Shown here piece by piece: positions 49,901 through 61,900 of a stretch of DNA of 64,000 nt. The notes beneath the pieces are model-generated. The model ran no database searches. It was not told the DNA's origin and saw nothing but the letters and a program-made list of their open reading frames with translations. Numbering within the stretch: the first letter of the stretch is position 1; the number at the start of each line of letters is the position of its first letter. A program made the position numbers and the translations under genes. The DNA is taken from contig OY740809.1 in assembly GCA_963514005.1 (NCBI GenBank), positions 33,418,001 through 33,482,000 on the forward strand. The letters are read 5' to 3'. Source of the DNA: Raja brachyura (taxonomy: Eukaryota).

Positions 49901-52900
49901 CGCATAGTTTGAACTTTAACTGAGTAGCGTCAGATAGTGTAGATAGCATGTGTTCCTTAAATGAGTTGTAGTGCTTCCTCAAAGGTTGAGAGAGGTCTGA
50001 GTCTAGCTGACAGCATTGTAAAATGATAGGACATTAAAGACTTCCAATTTTTATTTATGAAGTTATCTTCATTGTAAAGTAGTTTTATTTTAAAATTCCA
50101 TTTTATATGACTTGTTGTTTTTGCTTACCTGTTGAAATCAAATGATAAATACAGAGTACCTGGAAATTGTACTGGGGCGATGATCTAGATGTGAATAATT
50201 GAGGCTAGCACAGTGGAATTCTTCCCTCAAGTATTTTCTGTAAATGACTTTCCAGAATCTATCAATTTGATTTAAATCATAGGCAGTACATATTACCTCT
50301 CAGAACAAGAACTAAATATAATTAACCCTTGCAGTAGAACTTTGTATATTCCTGAATCTCTCTTGTACATGTGTAAGGAAAATAAACACGTTGTTAAAAC
50401 TAGATCTGCCGACTTATTGTTTTATTTTGAACTGTGCTAATAGATCAGCACTTTGCTTGAACTTTGCTTTCTAATTGGCTTTGTTGCATGTTAACCATAA
50501 TGCATTTCAGAAATTTATTAAAATTGGTAAACCATTATATTGAGAGAATAAATGTAAATACATTAACAAATTCAAATGACCTCAACCGTCAGAAAATCAA
50601 CAGATTTCCTAGGATTATGTGTTGTGTAACCACTATCATTTAGAAGGACATGTTGAGATTAGAGTTGGTATTTTATTTTGCAAAATGGAAGTTTAGTCAA
50701 TTTTATGCTTTTATTTTAAGACAAATCCAAAAATTGGTCGCAAGGAAATTGAATATAAAGTATAGAGTAATATTAGATGTGTTAATGATATTGGACTTTG
50801 ATTATTAAAAATTCAACAAAGGATTTGGACAATATAAACTACCAGTGAAGTTTGAGTACAAGTCAAATATATTCTAATTTTATTGAATATTCTATTTATT
50901 GTGTTCATTGCCTTATTATGTTAGGATGTTTTGTGTTTTGAGGGCTGTACAGTCGACAAGCATCTGCACATTAGTTAAGATGATTGCAATTTGATATTGA
51001 GTTATTCAAACCTTGTTCTTTAAACTGAAGGGTGCGCTGATATGGATGCTTTAATGAAAAGAGATGCAGAGTATTTGTATATAGCCCTGTATCCGAAAAT
51101 GGTCTACACTAAAAATAAATAAGTATGTTGGATTAAAGAAATTTGAGGTGCACAGAAAACATGGTAGTAAGCCTTGCTGATTACAATTTTATTAATTTTA
51201 ACTTGTACATAACCAGATTGACAAAGCAACGTAAAGTTGGTAATCGCTGCAGTGCAGGCAATGGAGGGCAGTACATGCATCGGAGGACACAGAAGGCCGC
51301 AGTTCATGTTTTGAATGTGAAAGAGCGTTGTCCTTGTGTTGTTGGCCAATGAATTATTATTTTAAAGACGCTGTAAACTGCAGATGCAGGAATCTTGAAC
51401 AAACAAAAAAAATGTACTGGAGGAACACAGCATCTGTGGAGGGAAATGGACAGGCATTTTGTGTTGGTACCCTTCTTCAGTCTGAAGCATCGTCTGTCCA
51501 TTGTTGTCCACAGATGCTGCCTGTGCAGCATCTGTGTTCGTCAAGCACTTTAAAAAACCCAACATTACTTTGTTTGGCAGTTCTTATTGTAAAATGAATG
51601 TTTATTTATGATATAAAAGTCAACAGTGACTTTGGAGATTGAAAGCTAGGTTTTAGAAAAAGTGGATTAGTGTAGTGAAAGTCTGAAGAAGGGTCTCGAC
51701 CCGAAAAGTCACCCATTCTTTCTCTCCAGGGATGCTGCCTGGCCTGCTGAGTTACTCCAGCATTTTGCGTCTATCTTTAACATAGTGAAAGACCTATATT
51801 AAATGAGATTGTATAATTTCATTAAAAATGGCACACTAAACAAATTGTGTTTTTGTTTACATGTGCATGCTGGTTCATTCCTGATTACGATTTTGAGTTT
51901 TACTGTACTTGTTCCCCTGGAATGGAGCACATACTTGAATCTTCAAGCTCTGAGTAATGTGATCACATTCTCTAGTGAAGAATTTGTCAATGCCAATTAT
52001 CAGAGCCAAAGTAGTTTTGAGAATATTTATTTTGAATATTCTTCGTGTTGCTAACGATGTCAAGCCAACTTTTGCAATAGCCAGTTTAGTTCCAAGGAAA
52101 TTGGTTGCCATGGATATGAACCTTTGATCTGCCAAAGTCTGCTGCAGCATTAAAATCTAAACTATGGATTGTTGCTCTGATTACTTAAACTTTTAATTTT
52201 GGTCAAGTCCGCCAACATTAAATGCATTAAATATTGATGTTGCTCTTATAATACTTTGGAAGACTTTACATTAAACTTTGGCCCATTTACAACAAGACAT
52301 ACTGTCAAGATTCAGAGCATTTGTGTATAATGTAAAACGAGTTCTATAATGTGTGTGCATGATTAAAAGCTTTTCTCATACAATCCTTATTTACTTTGCA
52401 TTAAGATGCATTGAATACAACTTTTTGCACTCAGCTGCAACGTGCTAAATGATTTACCATTTTTCTTGCAATAATATTTTGCTGGTATTTTGATCTAGGT
52501 TGTGCTTAAAAGGCTCCGCTGCCAAACATAATTCTGGTTCAAAACTAATGCAAAATTATGATCTGCTATCTTATGTTAACCATATTTGCTTGTACTTCAA
52601 ATTTGCTTGTTACTTTAAAGAATAAGCTTAAAATACTTTATCTTAAAAATTGTTCATGAAGTAGGATTTATCCCTGCTCCTAATTAAAACCTTATTAGAA
52701 CTTAGGAAAATTTCATGAATAAAATTAAGAGTTTAATTCTGAAATTTCCCTAGTGTCTAAAAGTATTTTACAACATAACGGTACCTGGACCATCTACAAT
52801 GATCTTTTTGGAAGTGAAATCGAATTTGGTTCCCTGGACCCCTGATTTCACATGATCAATGTTGACCATTTCAGATGATCTCTCTTCTCCTGGAGTTATA

Positions 52901-55900
52901 CCCACTATTACGGAAAAAAATACCCTTTGTGTGTTATATAAAATGACTGACATAGTCATAGAGTGATTTGTTTATGTATGGGGTTGGAGACTGCTTAAGT
53001 CTACAAATCAGGTCTGTAATTCATATTGCATATTTATTGCTCAGTATATAACATTTATTACTAACATTTATTAAAATCACATGATTATGGAATTGACGAG
53101 GTGGAGATCTGCTGTCTCCCCTTGCTCCTGTGTGCAGTGTTCTGCACATTAGAAATTGATGGTTAGTGAATTTCGGAACCCCAGTGCATGTGAGCATTTT
53201 CTACTTGGTTTTGTAGCTTCTGCAAATGGTGCTCACATTTTGTGGCACTAATGGTAATTCAGATTGAAGCGGTGCAACATTCTTGCCATGACTTTTAATA
53301 ATTTAAAAAAATGAAGAGAAAGAAGGAGGTTGTTTGTGTTGTATAAGGAATGTCCAGATTGTATTGCGAATGTGAATGGGGTCTTGTTGATTAAGTTAAT
53401 TGTCTTTGTGGTTGGTCTTCATTGTTTGGACAAAAGGTGAGTTTCATCACCATTCTACTTAATGATATCTAATTAAGCACTTCAGTCATTCCTACTCTGT
53501 ACATTCACTGTGTTGCACAACCAACAGGTGAAACAACAATAGTTACTGGTGAGTGAATCGTAATACTATGCGCAACGCAGTTTACTTTTTATTTTTATGG
53601 CTTTCCCTGACACATTGCTTATTTGTATCTGTTATAGCCAATGATTCGTGTTTGCTTGGAATGGAGTTGATGAACAATATCCTTGTCTTGACCTACTTAG
53701 GCAGCTCTTCTACATTGTTTAAATTTTACTTATTCATAAACTTGTGGAAAACTATTATGGCAAAGTTTTCGTTGGCAGCGTGAACCTGTAAGCAAATGCG
53801 TTTTACTGAATTTTTAATGGTAGATTAGATTGTGGTTCACTATCATTTTAAAATTTAGTTTGGGATTTGGCAATATTATGTTAGCAGTACAATTTATAGT
53901 AACCGTGGCCTGGAACAGTTACTCTAGGGCATCGGATAACCTCTGTTTCCTTTCACCATCAGATTTTAGTGGGCCACGAAATCCCACTTGTAGTTACTTT
54001 AGCAGCACTGCAGTCTACGTAGGTCAAGGAAGAGCCTCTAATTTGCTTTGGTACCATTTATTTTCCTTTCCCACTGAATTTAAAACAAAATGACAAAGTA
54101 ATGTCATGCGGCATCACCTTTTGCTTGTTTTCTGCTGACCAAATAGCTGGTGCACACGCTAATCTTATTTTGAGGCCTTTACTTTGGTTGAAGCATTTAT
54201 AATTATTTACAAGATCAACAAAGAACTTATTCCAAGAGGGGTTAAAATACTTGTGAAAAATGGAGGGTGTCCATCTGAATGATGAATTCATGGAACATTG
54301 TGGCTCTTTAGTAATACTTTGGAAGACTTGACATTAAAGTTTGGCCCATTCACAGCAAAACCCACTGTCCAAATTCTGAGCATCTGTGTATAATGTAAAA
54401 CAAGTTTATTTTCCAGGCCAAAATAATGTCTCCATCATAATCACTTTTCTTGACCTGTTGGATGAGAGATTTTGTACAGCTGGTCTGAACAGATGCAACC
54501 CTTTTAAAATATATCTAAGACACAGCACTATATTGGGAACAAGAAAGGCCCAGGTGAACGTGAATACTGTTTAGGCAAAGCTTAATTGCTGTAAGCAGTT
54601 ATACACACATTTTTTAAAGTAGGAAATTAATAATTTTTAAAATTCACGAACTATCTTTCCCTCTCTGTTAATAGTATAATATTGTGAAATATACAATTTA
54701 AGGTATTTTATTCATCAAATATTAGCTTTACAGTTGTTATTTTTTTTAAAACCTAACTCGAACAAGTTAAAGGTTTCTGTGAGATGTGAGAAGCTTTGAC
54801 TCTGGAACAGTGAATTTGAAACAGATGGAAATGCCCATCTGCTACTTGTTTTATACAATTGGTCATTTTCCATATTACTGTCGACAAACGCTGCTTGTTG
54901 AATCTATTATAACAGTATTGGAGAACCAGCATGTAATTAATCTCAGGTCATTGCAAGATAATATTTTTGATAGACCATTAAGGCTAATAATGCATTTTTG
55001 TCTTTTGGATGCCAAATATTCCACTTTTATTCATGGATGGTTCATATCTTTTCATTTGAGATTAATTTGAAGTCAAAACACACTCTGTTTTCTTAAAGAA
55101 AACTTCACTTAAGATTGATTACAATTAGGGTCCGATATCCTGAAATGAATAATCATGATACCTAAAATTCATCTTATTTTATAGGTTAAGAACATCTATC
55201 TCTCAATTTTGTTTTTGTTCTCGTCCCTCACGATCATTCAAGATCTCATTTGAATAAGCCCTGCACAATCTACCTCATAATATTTGTAACTAACAGTAGC
55301 TATGCTAGATTGCTACTTGGTATTTTGCAATTGCTTTCTTTATTGCCGCAAAGACGTACAGGCCTACCTCATGGGTTTGGAAAAATGATGGTGAATATAT
55401 GTGTTTGATATTTTGTTGCCTACAGTGTGATCAATGGAGTCATGACATATTCATCTTCCTGGTCTTCCAAAAATAGATTTGATGGGCACCCAAGTATTTT
55501 AAACCCTATTAAGGTGTCTCTTTGCCCAGTTTAACTTAATTATGCAGTTTATTTTATTTTCTGCAACAGGTTTGTAATTGGTTCATATTTCAGAGCATGC
55601 TGCTTGTTACATGGATGTACATAATAAGGCTGCAATATCCCTTTATCAGTAAATATCAGTCCTGTACCTCAAATGTTTAAGATCGACAAAATAGTAACTA
55701 CTTCAGACAAACTGATTTAAGAATAGGACCTCAGTAAATGGGCTAGTTCAGAAAATTAAATACTTAACATTCACATACCTTGTTAAGTCTGGAAATCTTG
55801 GGGGGGGGGAAAGGGATAATGAAGCTTTAAATATTTTGACAGGTTCATCCATCTGTTTTTAAATCATATTTTCAAAGAATAGAGCTTTGGAGAAGGGTTA

Positions 55901-58900
55901 GATTAAAGGACTTCTAGGTAGCATGTTCTTAAATATCTATTAATTTGTTTAACGTTTCACAATTTACGACTATAAATTAAGTATTGGTTTATGCTAAAGA
56001 AAATGCTCTGTTATATTAACAAAATAGCATTCTGATTCCATTATCTGTTTTAAAACATTCTCTTATTGCATGAAGCAACTATGTCTTGCAAATGAAGGAA
56101 AGCAATTCGAACGCACGCCTTGTTTATGTTTTACTATCATTTTAATCCTTAAATTCAATCTTTTTCTGACGCCTAACTTACCTTATTACTTTTTCTTCTC
56201 TTTCTTTCCTTTTCTCTATTCTTTCCTACTAACTGTCTAGAAATTAATAGAAGGCCTATATGGACATTTGCGTGCCAATGAAAAGCCAGCAGTATTCCAG
56301 GCAACCTGCTTCTTTTATGCAACACCAGAAAAGACTGCCAGGGAAGGACAAGTGCAGACTCCAAATAAAACTGCTTTGCCTTCCTCTATTTCACATGATC
56401 AGGTGCTATATATATGTTTTATTCTCAACTTATTTGTTCTACTTGTATACAAAAACACAATTTGTTTTATATGGGCATGTGCTTTCACACTTTTTTTTAA
56501 AAGCCGGTCATGTAAAGCAACTTAAATCTGATTTCAGCCCCATTTGTATCTTTAAGCAAAAAAAGTAAATGAGATCTTCTCCCCTCTGCAAAATGTTAAA
56601 ATCTAGGCTAGACTCCACTTTCCGCACCATAACAATGTGAAACAATATACAACATTTATTTCCTAAAGACCCAAATTAGTTCATGTTTCTCAAATACAAC
56701 TACCATTTCACCCAGAGATATGTTTTTAGCACGTGGACATCAAATTGCAGCATTCATGTTCTTGCTGCTTGCCTTGGATTTTTGCCAGTAATGTAGCTGA
56801 GGGTAAGTTTATCTCCTGGGTCTGTTTCCTCTTTGGCCATGTGCCCACTAAGTTCTACCCACATGGCATAAATTTTCAAAAATGCAGCAACCTTTACAAT
56901 GCAAAACTGAGCAACTTCTTACTCCAGCAGTATAAAGTAGAGACATTTTAATGTGTTAATTCTTTTGATATTTACTGTGAGGGCTTGCACTTAATGCTAC
57001 TTTCAATTTACTTTGATTAGATTGAACCTTCACTCATGATTAGCACCAGAATCTGGGCACAACTTGTGAAGATAAAATTGGGATGGAGGAAGGGTCTATC
57101 CAAACATGTTGATTAATAGCTTGATTTTTATGCCAATTGATATTAATTGGCATTATTAATTAAGTTGATGAAAGAAAAGGTGCTATTATTTGTTGGAGGT
57201 ATTTTTCCAATTAATGTTTCATTTGTAAAGGGAATTATTGATATTGGAACAAATTATGCCAAGACTGAAACCTCATATAAGATATCACTGAGCCTTGCTA
57301 AAATACTACTTACCCATAAAAATGCTAATGTAGAACGGCACGGCTAATGTAAAAAGTTGCTAATTTTTTAACGTTAATTATTATTCCTTAAATTTCATTA
57401 AATTAAAGGTTTTAGTGTTGCCTCATTATTGCAAAAGCTTGGGGCAATATTTGAATCCAAATGGTAATCAGTCCTTCATTTACACAACATGAGTCTCCTC
57501 AAAGTAGCCAGAACATTTTTTTTTAGATGCAAGGTTGCTGACTTGATATTTGAACTACAACTCTGCTAAATAATACTTTTCTTTAGGCCTTACATTTGCC
57601 CATTTTCTTATAGAATATGGATGACGGTCTGAAATCAGAACTGGAAGAGCTGTCAGAGTGTGTAAAGATTGATCACAAGGCAGAAATAGAGGGACTGAAG
57701 CTTGAAAATGGCTTCAGCACGAGCCAAGTGACTGGCCCGTTGGAGTCTCCACTGAGACATCACTCTGACCCTTCCTTTCTGAGTAACAGCAAGGAGGAGG
57801 AAGAATTCTGCCTCCTTCAGAACAAGGAGCTGAAGTGGCAGAGCAGGGCAGATGTAGGCCTGGACATGCAGCCTGAGGTTTCAGAGGAGATTGTAGCAAA
57901 GGCCCTCTTGAGCTCTGCTTCTCCTCAACTAAACCACCATCTGAAGGAAGGTGAACAGAAAGAACGACCTTTAAAGATAAATGCCTTTCATTACCATGAA
58001 CCTCCTCGGCTAATCCGCTGCTTTCAGGTAAAACTGAAATCAGGAGACCACTGTGTCCTTTCAACTTCCGTCAAACTGATTTGCTTTCCACCATAAAACC
58101 AAGACACTGTAGCATGTTGATTTAACATTAACCTCCAAGTGAATCTGACTAATTTTAGCTACCTTCAAAATGCAATTTGCGTTCTATATCTATTTTATGG
58201 AAAGCAAAGGGTTTCTTGGTGTTTACTTGCTTCAGTGTTGATGTGTACTGGACATGGGGAATGTCGGTAAAGTACTTGTCAATCCAATTTGGGAACTGCA
58301 ATAAATATTGCCTTTTACCTGATCTCTGTCCTCTCTAAACTCTGACCAGTTCTGATACTAATGTTGGCTTTTGCACGGTGATTTATTAATGGTGATTATA
58401 AATGGTGGCAGTTATGATGCTTCACACTTCATTTATCCAAGTAAAAGAGCTATCAAAGATTGATCCTCTTCTCATGATCGTCAGTGGGCAGCAGTATCTG
58501 ACACAACTCATTTGTAGGCCATGCATTTTAATTTTTTCAATTTGTTCACGTTTAACTGTACAGTATCATTGGCTTTGGCCATAGTTGAACTATAAGAAGA
58601 TTGTTCCCACAGGTTGTGTAATGTGGTGATTACACTCCATTGCCAGCAGTTAATGAATGAAAAACAAATTTGTGTTTCATGTTTACCTTCAGTTTTATTT
58701 CCTCACGAACCTTGCTTGGACAACTTAATACAAAAGCTACAATTAAATTGTTCCTAAAAAAAAAAGACACTAATATTGAATGTCAAAAATTTGCAGATGC
58801 TGGAAATCTGAAATGAAAACAAAGTGCTGGAAACACTCACCAATTCGGCCAGCATACTGTGGAAACGGGCGGGGTTATTGGCCTGAGATGCTGGCTCTGT

Positions 58901-61900
58901 TTCTCTCTCCACAGAATGCTGCCTCACTTGCTGAGTGATCCCAGCATATTTTCTGGTTTTATTAATATTGAACAATCTAATTGATGCACCCTTTGGAATC
59001 TTATCATTCAGGTTTGATAAACGTACTTATTCATGAAATGTCCCTATGATAATAGCACATATAACTAATATTTGATTTTTTTTTTAAACATTTGGAGAGA
59101 TAAGCACCGACAGTTATTGATACCAACGGTGAAATTAAAGGCCTGTGTCAGAAATGCTCCTTTGACATGAATATTGCAGTTTGTGCTGGGGGATTGCTGT
59201 ATAAAGCCTGAACTGACTTCAATGGCAAAATAAAATGCAGGCTGCATTAATAAGTCAATTTGGATTCAATCGCAGCATTAATTACTGCTGTTTTGTGTTA
59301 CTGCTGGACAATTCCTAAGTTATTTTGGGTATGCAGTGAAAGAAGATTTGGAAGAGCTCCCGCTGTTGTGCTCTACAATTCTGTTGCAGCGCTGATATTT
59401 GTTATGTCATTGGTAAAAGTTGATTACTGTGGCCAGTTATATCATCTTCTTTGGGGAAAACTCAGCAAATATGACTTTCTTTTTCCACTTGGAACAGCCA
59501 CCACTTGTGAAGACTCAAACTGTGACCATCCCTGACGTGCCACCCTCTGAAAATGAAATTGCAACCAATGAAGTTCCTGTTGTTCACACAGAAACAAAGA
59601 CCATCACCTATGAAGCAGCACAGGTTTGAAATTATTCTGAGATAAATTTGTTTCATCGCAGCTTGAGCATTCGATTAGAATTTTGTGGCACCTCTTGGGG
59701 AAGGCGTTGCCACACAAAGCTTATCCAGTGAACGGGTTGAGCCTTACATCTTGGGGAAGCACTCTGGTCTGATCTTGCAGTCTCTGCTGTTAATTAATAT
59801 CAAGCAGCTGGTTTTAATGCCTCTGGGTTAAAGTGTTAACATTTGGTCACAGTTCTGTTTGTATTCACCAGTAAATGATCTGTATTGGATTGTGATTCTG
59901 TGGTCTTAAATTGAGGACATTATATTTTTGGGACATTGTGACCTCAAATACCTGCTACCAAGATACAGGACAGAACGCCACAAGAGATCCTTCCCGGTGG
60001 CTATCAAACTGTGCAACTCCTCCCCCTTCTGTTGTGGGATAGACTGAGACTTTCTTGCCTCCCCCCTCCTTGCCTCCCCCCACTTCTTGCCTCCCCCCCC
60101 CTCCTTGCCTCCCCCCCCTCCTTGCCTCCCCCCCCTCCTTGCCTCCCCCCCTCCTTGCCTCCCCCCCTCCTTGCCTCCCCCCCTCCTTGCCTCCCCCCCC
60201 TCCTTGCCTCCCCCCCTCCTTGCCTCCCCCCCCTCCTTGCCTCCCCCCCTCCTTGCCTCCCCCCCTCCTTGCCTCCCCCCCTCCTTGCCTCCCCCCTCCT
60301 TGCCTCCCCCCCTCCTTGCCTCCCCCCCTCCTTGCCTCCCCCCCTCCTTGCCTCCCCCCCTCCTTGCCTCCCCCCCTCCTTGCCTCCCCCCCTCCTTGCC
60401 TCCCCCCTCCTTGCCTCCCCCCCTCCTTGCCTCCCCCCCTCCTTGCCTCCCCCCCTCCTTGCCTCCCCCCCTCCTTGCCTCCCCCCCCTCCTTGCCTCCC
60501 CCCCCTCCCTGCCTCCCCCCCTCCTTGCCTCCCCCCCTCCTTGCCTCCCCCCCTCCTTGCCTCCCCCCCTCCTTGCCTCCCCCCCTCCTTGCCTCCCCCC
60601 CTCCTTGCCTCCCCCCCTCCTTGCCTCCCCCCCTCCTTGCCTCCCCCCCTCCTTGCCTCCCCCCCTCCTTGCCTCCCCCCCTCCTTGCCTCCCCCCCTCC
60701 TTGCCTCCCCCCCTCCTTGCCTCCCCCCCTCCTTGCCTCCCCCCCCTCCTTGCCTCCCCCCCTCCTTGCCTCCCCCCCTCCTTGCCTCCCCCCCCCTCCT
60801 TGCCTCCCCCCCTCCTTGCCTCCCCCCCTCCTTGCCTCCCCCCGCCTCCCCCTCGCCTCCCCCCCCTCGCCCCCCCCCCCTCGCCCCCCCCCTCGCCCCC
60901 CCCCTCGCCCCCCCCCTCGCCTCCCCCCTCGCCTCCCCCCTCGCCTCCCCCCCCTCGCCTCCCCCCCTCGCCTCCCCCCCTCGCCTCCCCCCCTCGCCTC
61001 CCCCCCTCGCCTCCCCCCCTCGCCTCCCCCCCCTCGCCTCCCCCCCCTCGCCTCCCCCCCCTCGCCTCCCCCCCCTCGCCTCCCCCCCCTCGCCTCCCCC
61101 CCCTCGCCTCCCCCCCCTCGCCTCCCCCCCTCGCCCCCCCCCCTCGCCCCCCCCCTCGCCCCCCCCCTCGCCTCCCCCCCCTCGCCTCCCCCCCCTCGCC
61201 TCCCCCCCCTCGCCTCCCCCCCCTCGCCTCCCCCCCCTCGCCTCCCCCCCCTCGCCTCCCCCCCCTCGCCTCCCCCCCCTCGCCTCCCCCCCCTCGCCTC
61301 CCCCCCCTCGCCTCCCCCCCCTCGCCTCCCCCCCTCGCCTCCCCCCCTCGCCTCCCCCCCTCGCCTCCCCCCCTCGCCTCCCCCCCTCGCCTCCCCCCCC
61401 TCGCCTCCCCCCCTCGCCTCCCCCCCCTCGCCTCCCCCCCACACACACATCTTTACACATCCCCAATCCTTTCTACTCCTCGCTTTAATTTCCTGTTTCA
61501 TGTATTTTGTGTTTTTATGACTGTTGGCAGTTCAATTTCCCTCCTGGGATAAATAAAGTTCTATCGTGTCCTACCATTTACCTGCTTGCATGACTCTTAC
61601 CGATATGGCAGATAACGAGGGTGTGGGTAACTAGCAAATACCTTGGATTGCAGGAAAACCAGGGACATTTATTTTAATTTACCTCTGAATGTACCTTTCT
61701 GTAGGATTCAACTCCATGAAAGTCCCACATAGAATATTAAGAACTGTGACGTTGCATTATGTACACCAACTTTTCAGTTCAACTGCCCAACATTTTATTG
61801 TGTGTTGTTGCGTTAATGGGCCTGTAAAGCTGCAGCAAGAAATAATTTTTGTTCCGTTGCTTGTACATATGTTAATTAAACTGTCTTGACTTGATTCCCT

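Noticed and set aside
54279-54380. Possible C/D box snoRNA (ATGATGA ... CTGA)
   Set aside because: No terminal stem and no recognisable rRNA guide; the paralogous copy at 52241 lacks both boxes.
59906-61552. Six overlapping 477-531 aa Pro-rich or Gly/Arg-rich ORFs
   Set aside because: An artefact of a low-complexity satellite with no stop codons in any frame; it lies in an intron with no credible start or splice context.
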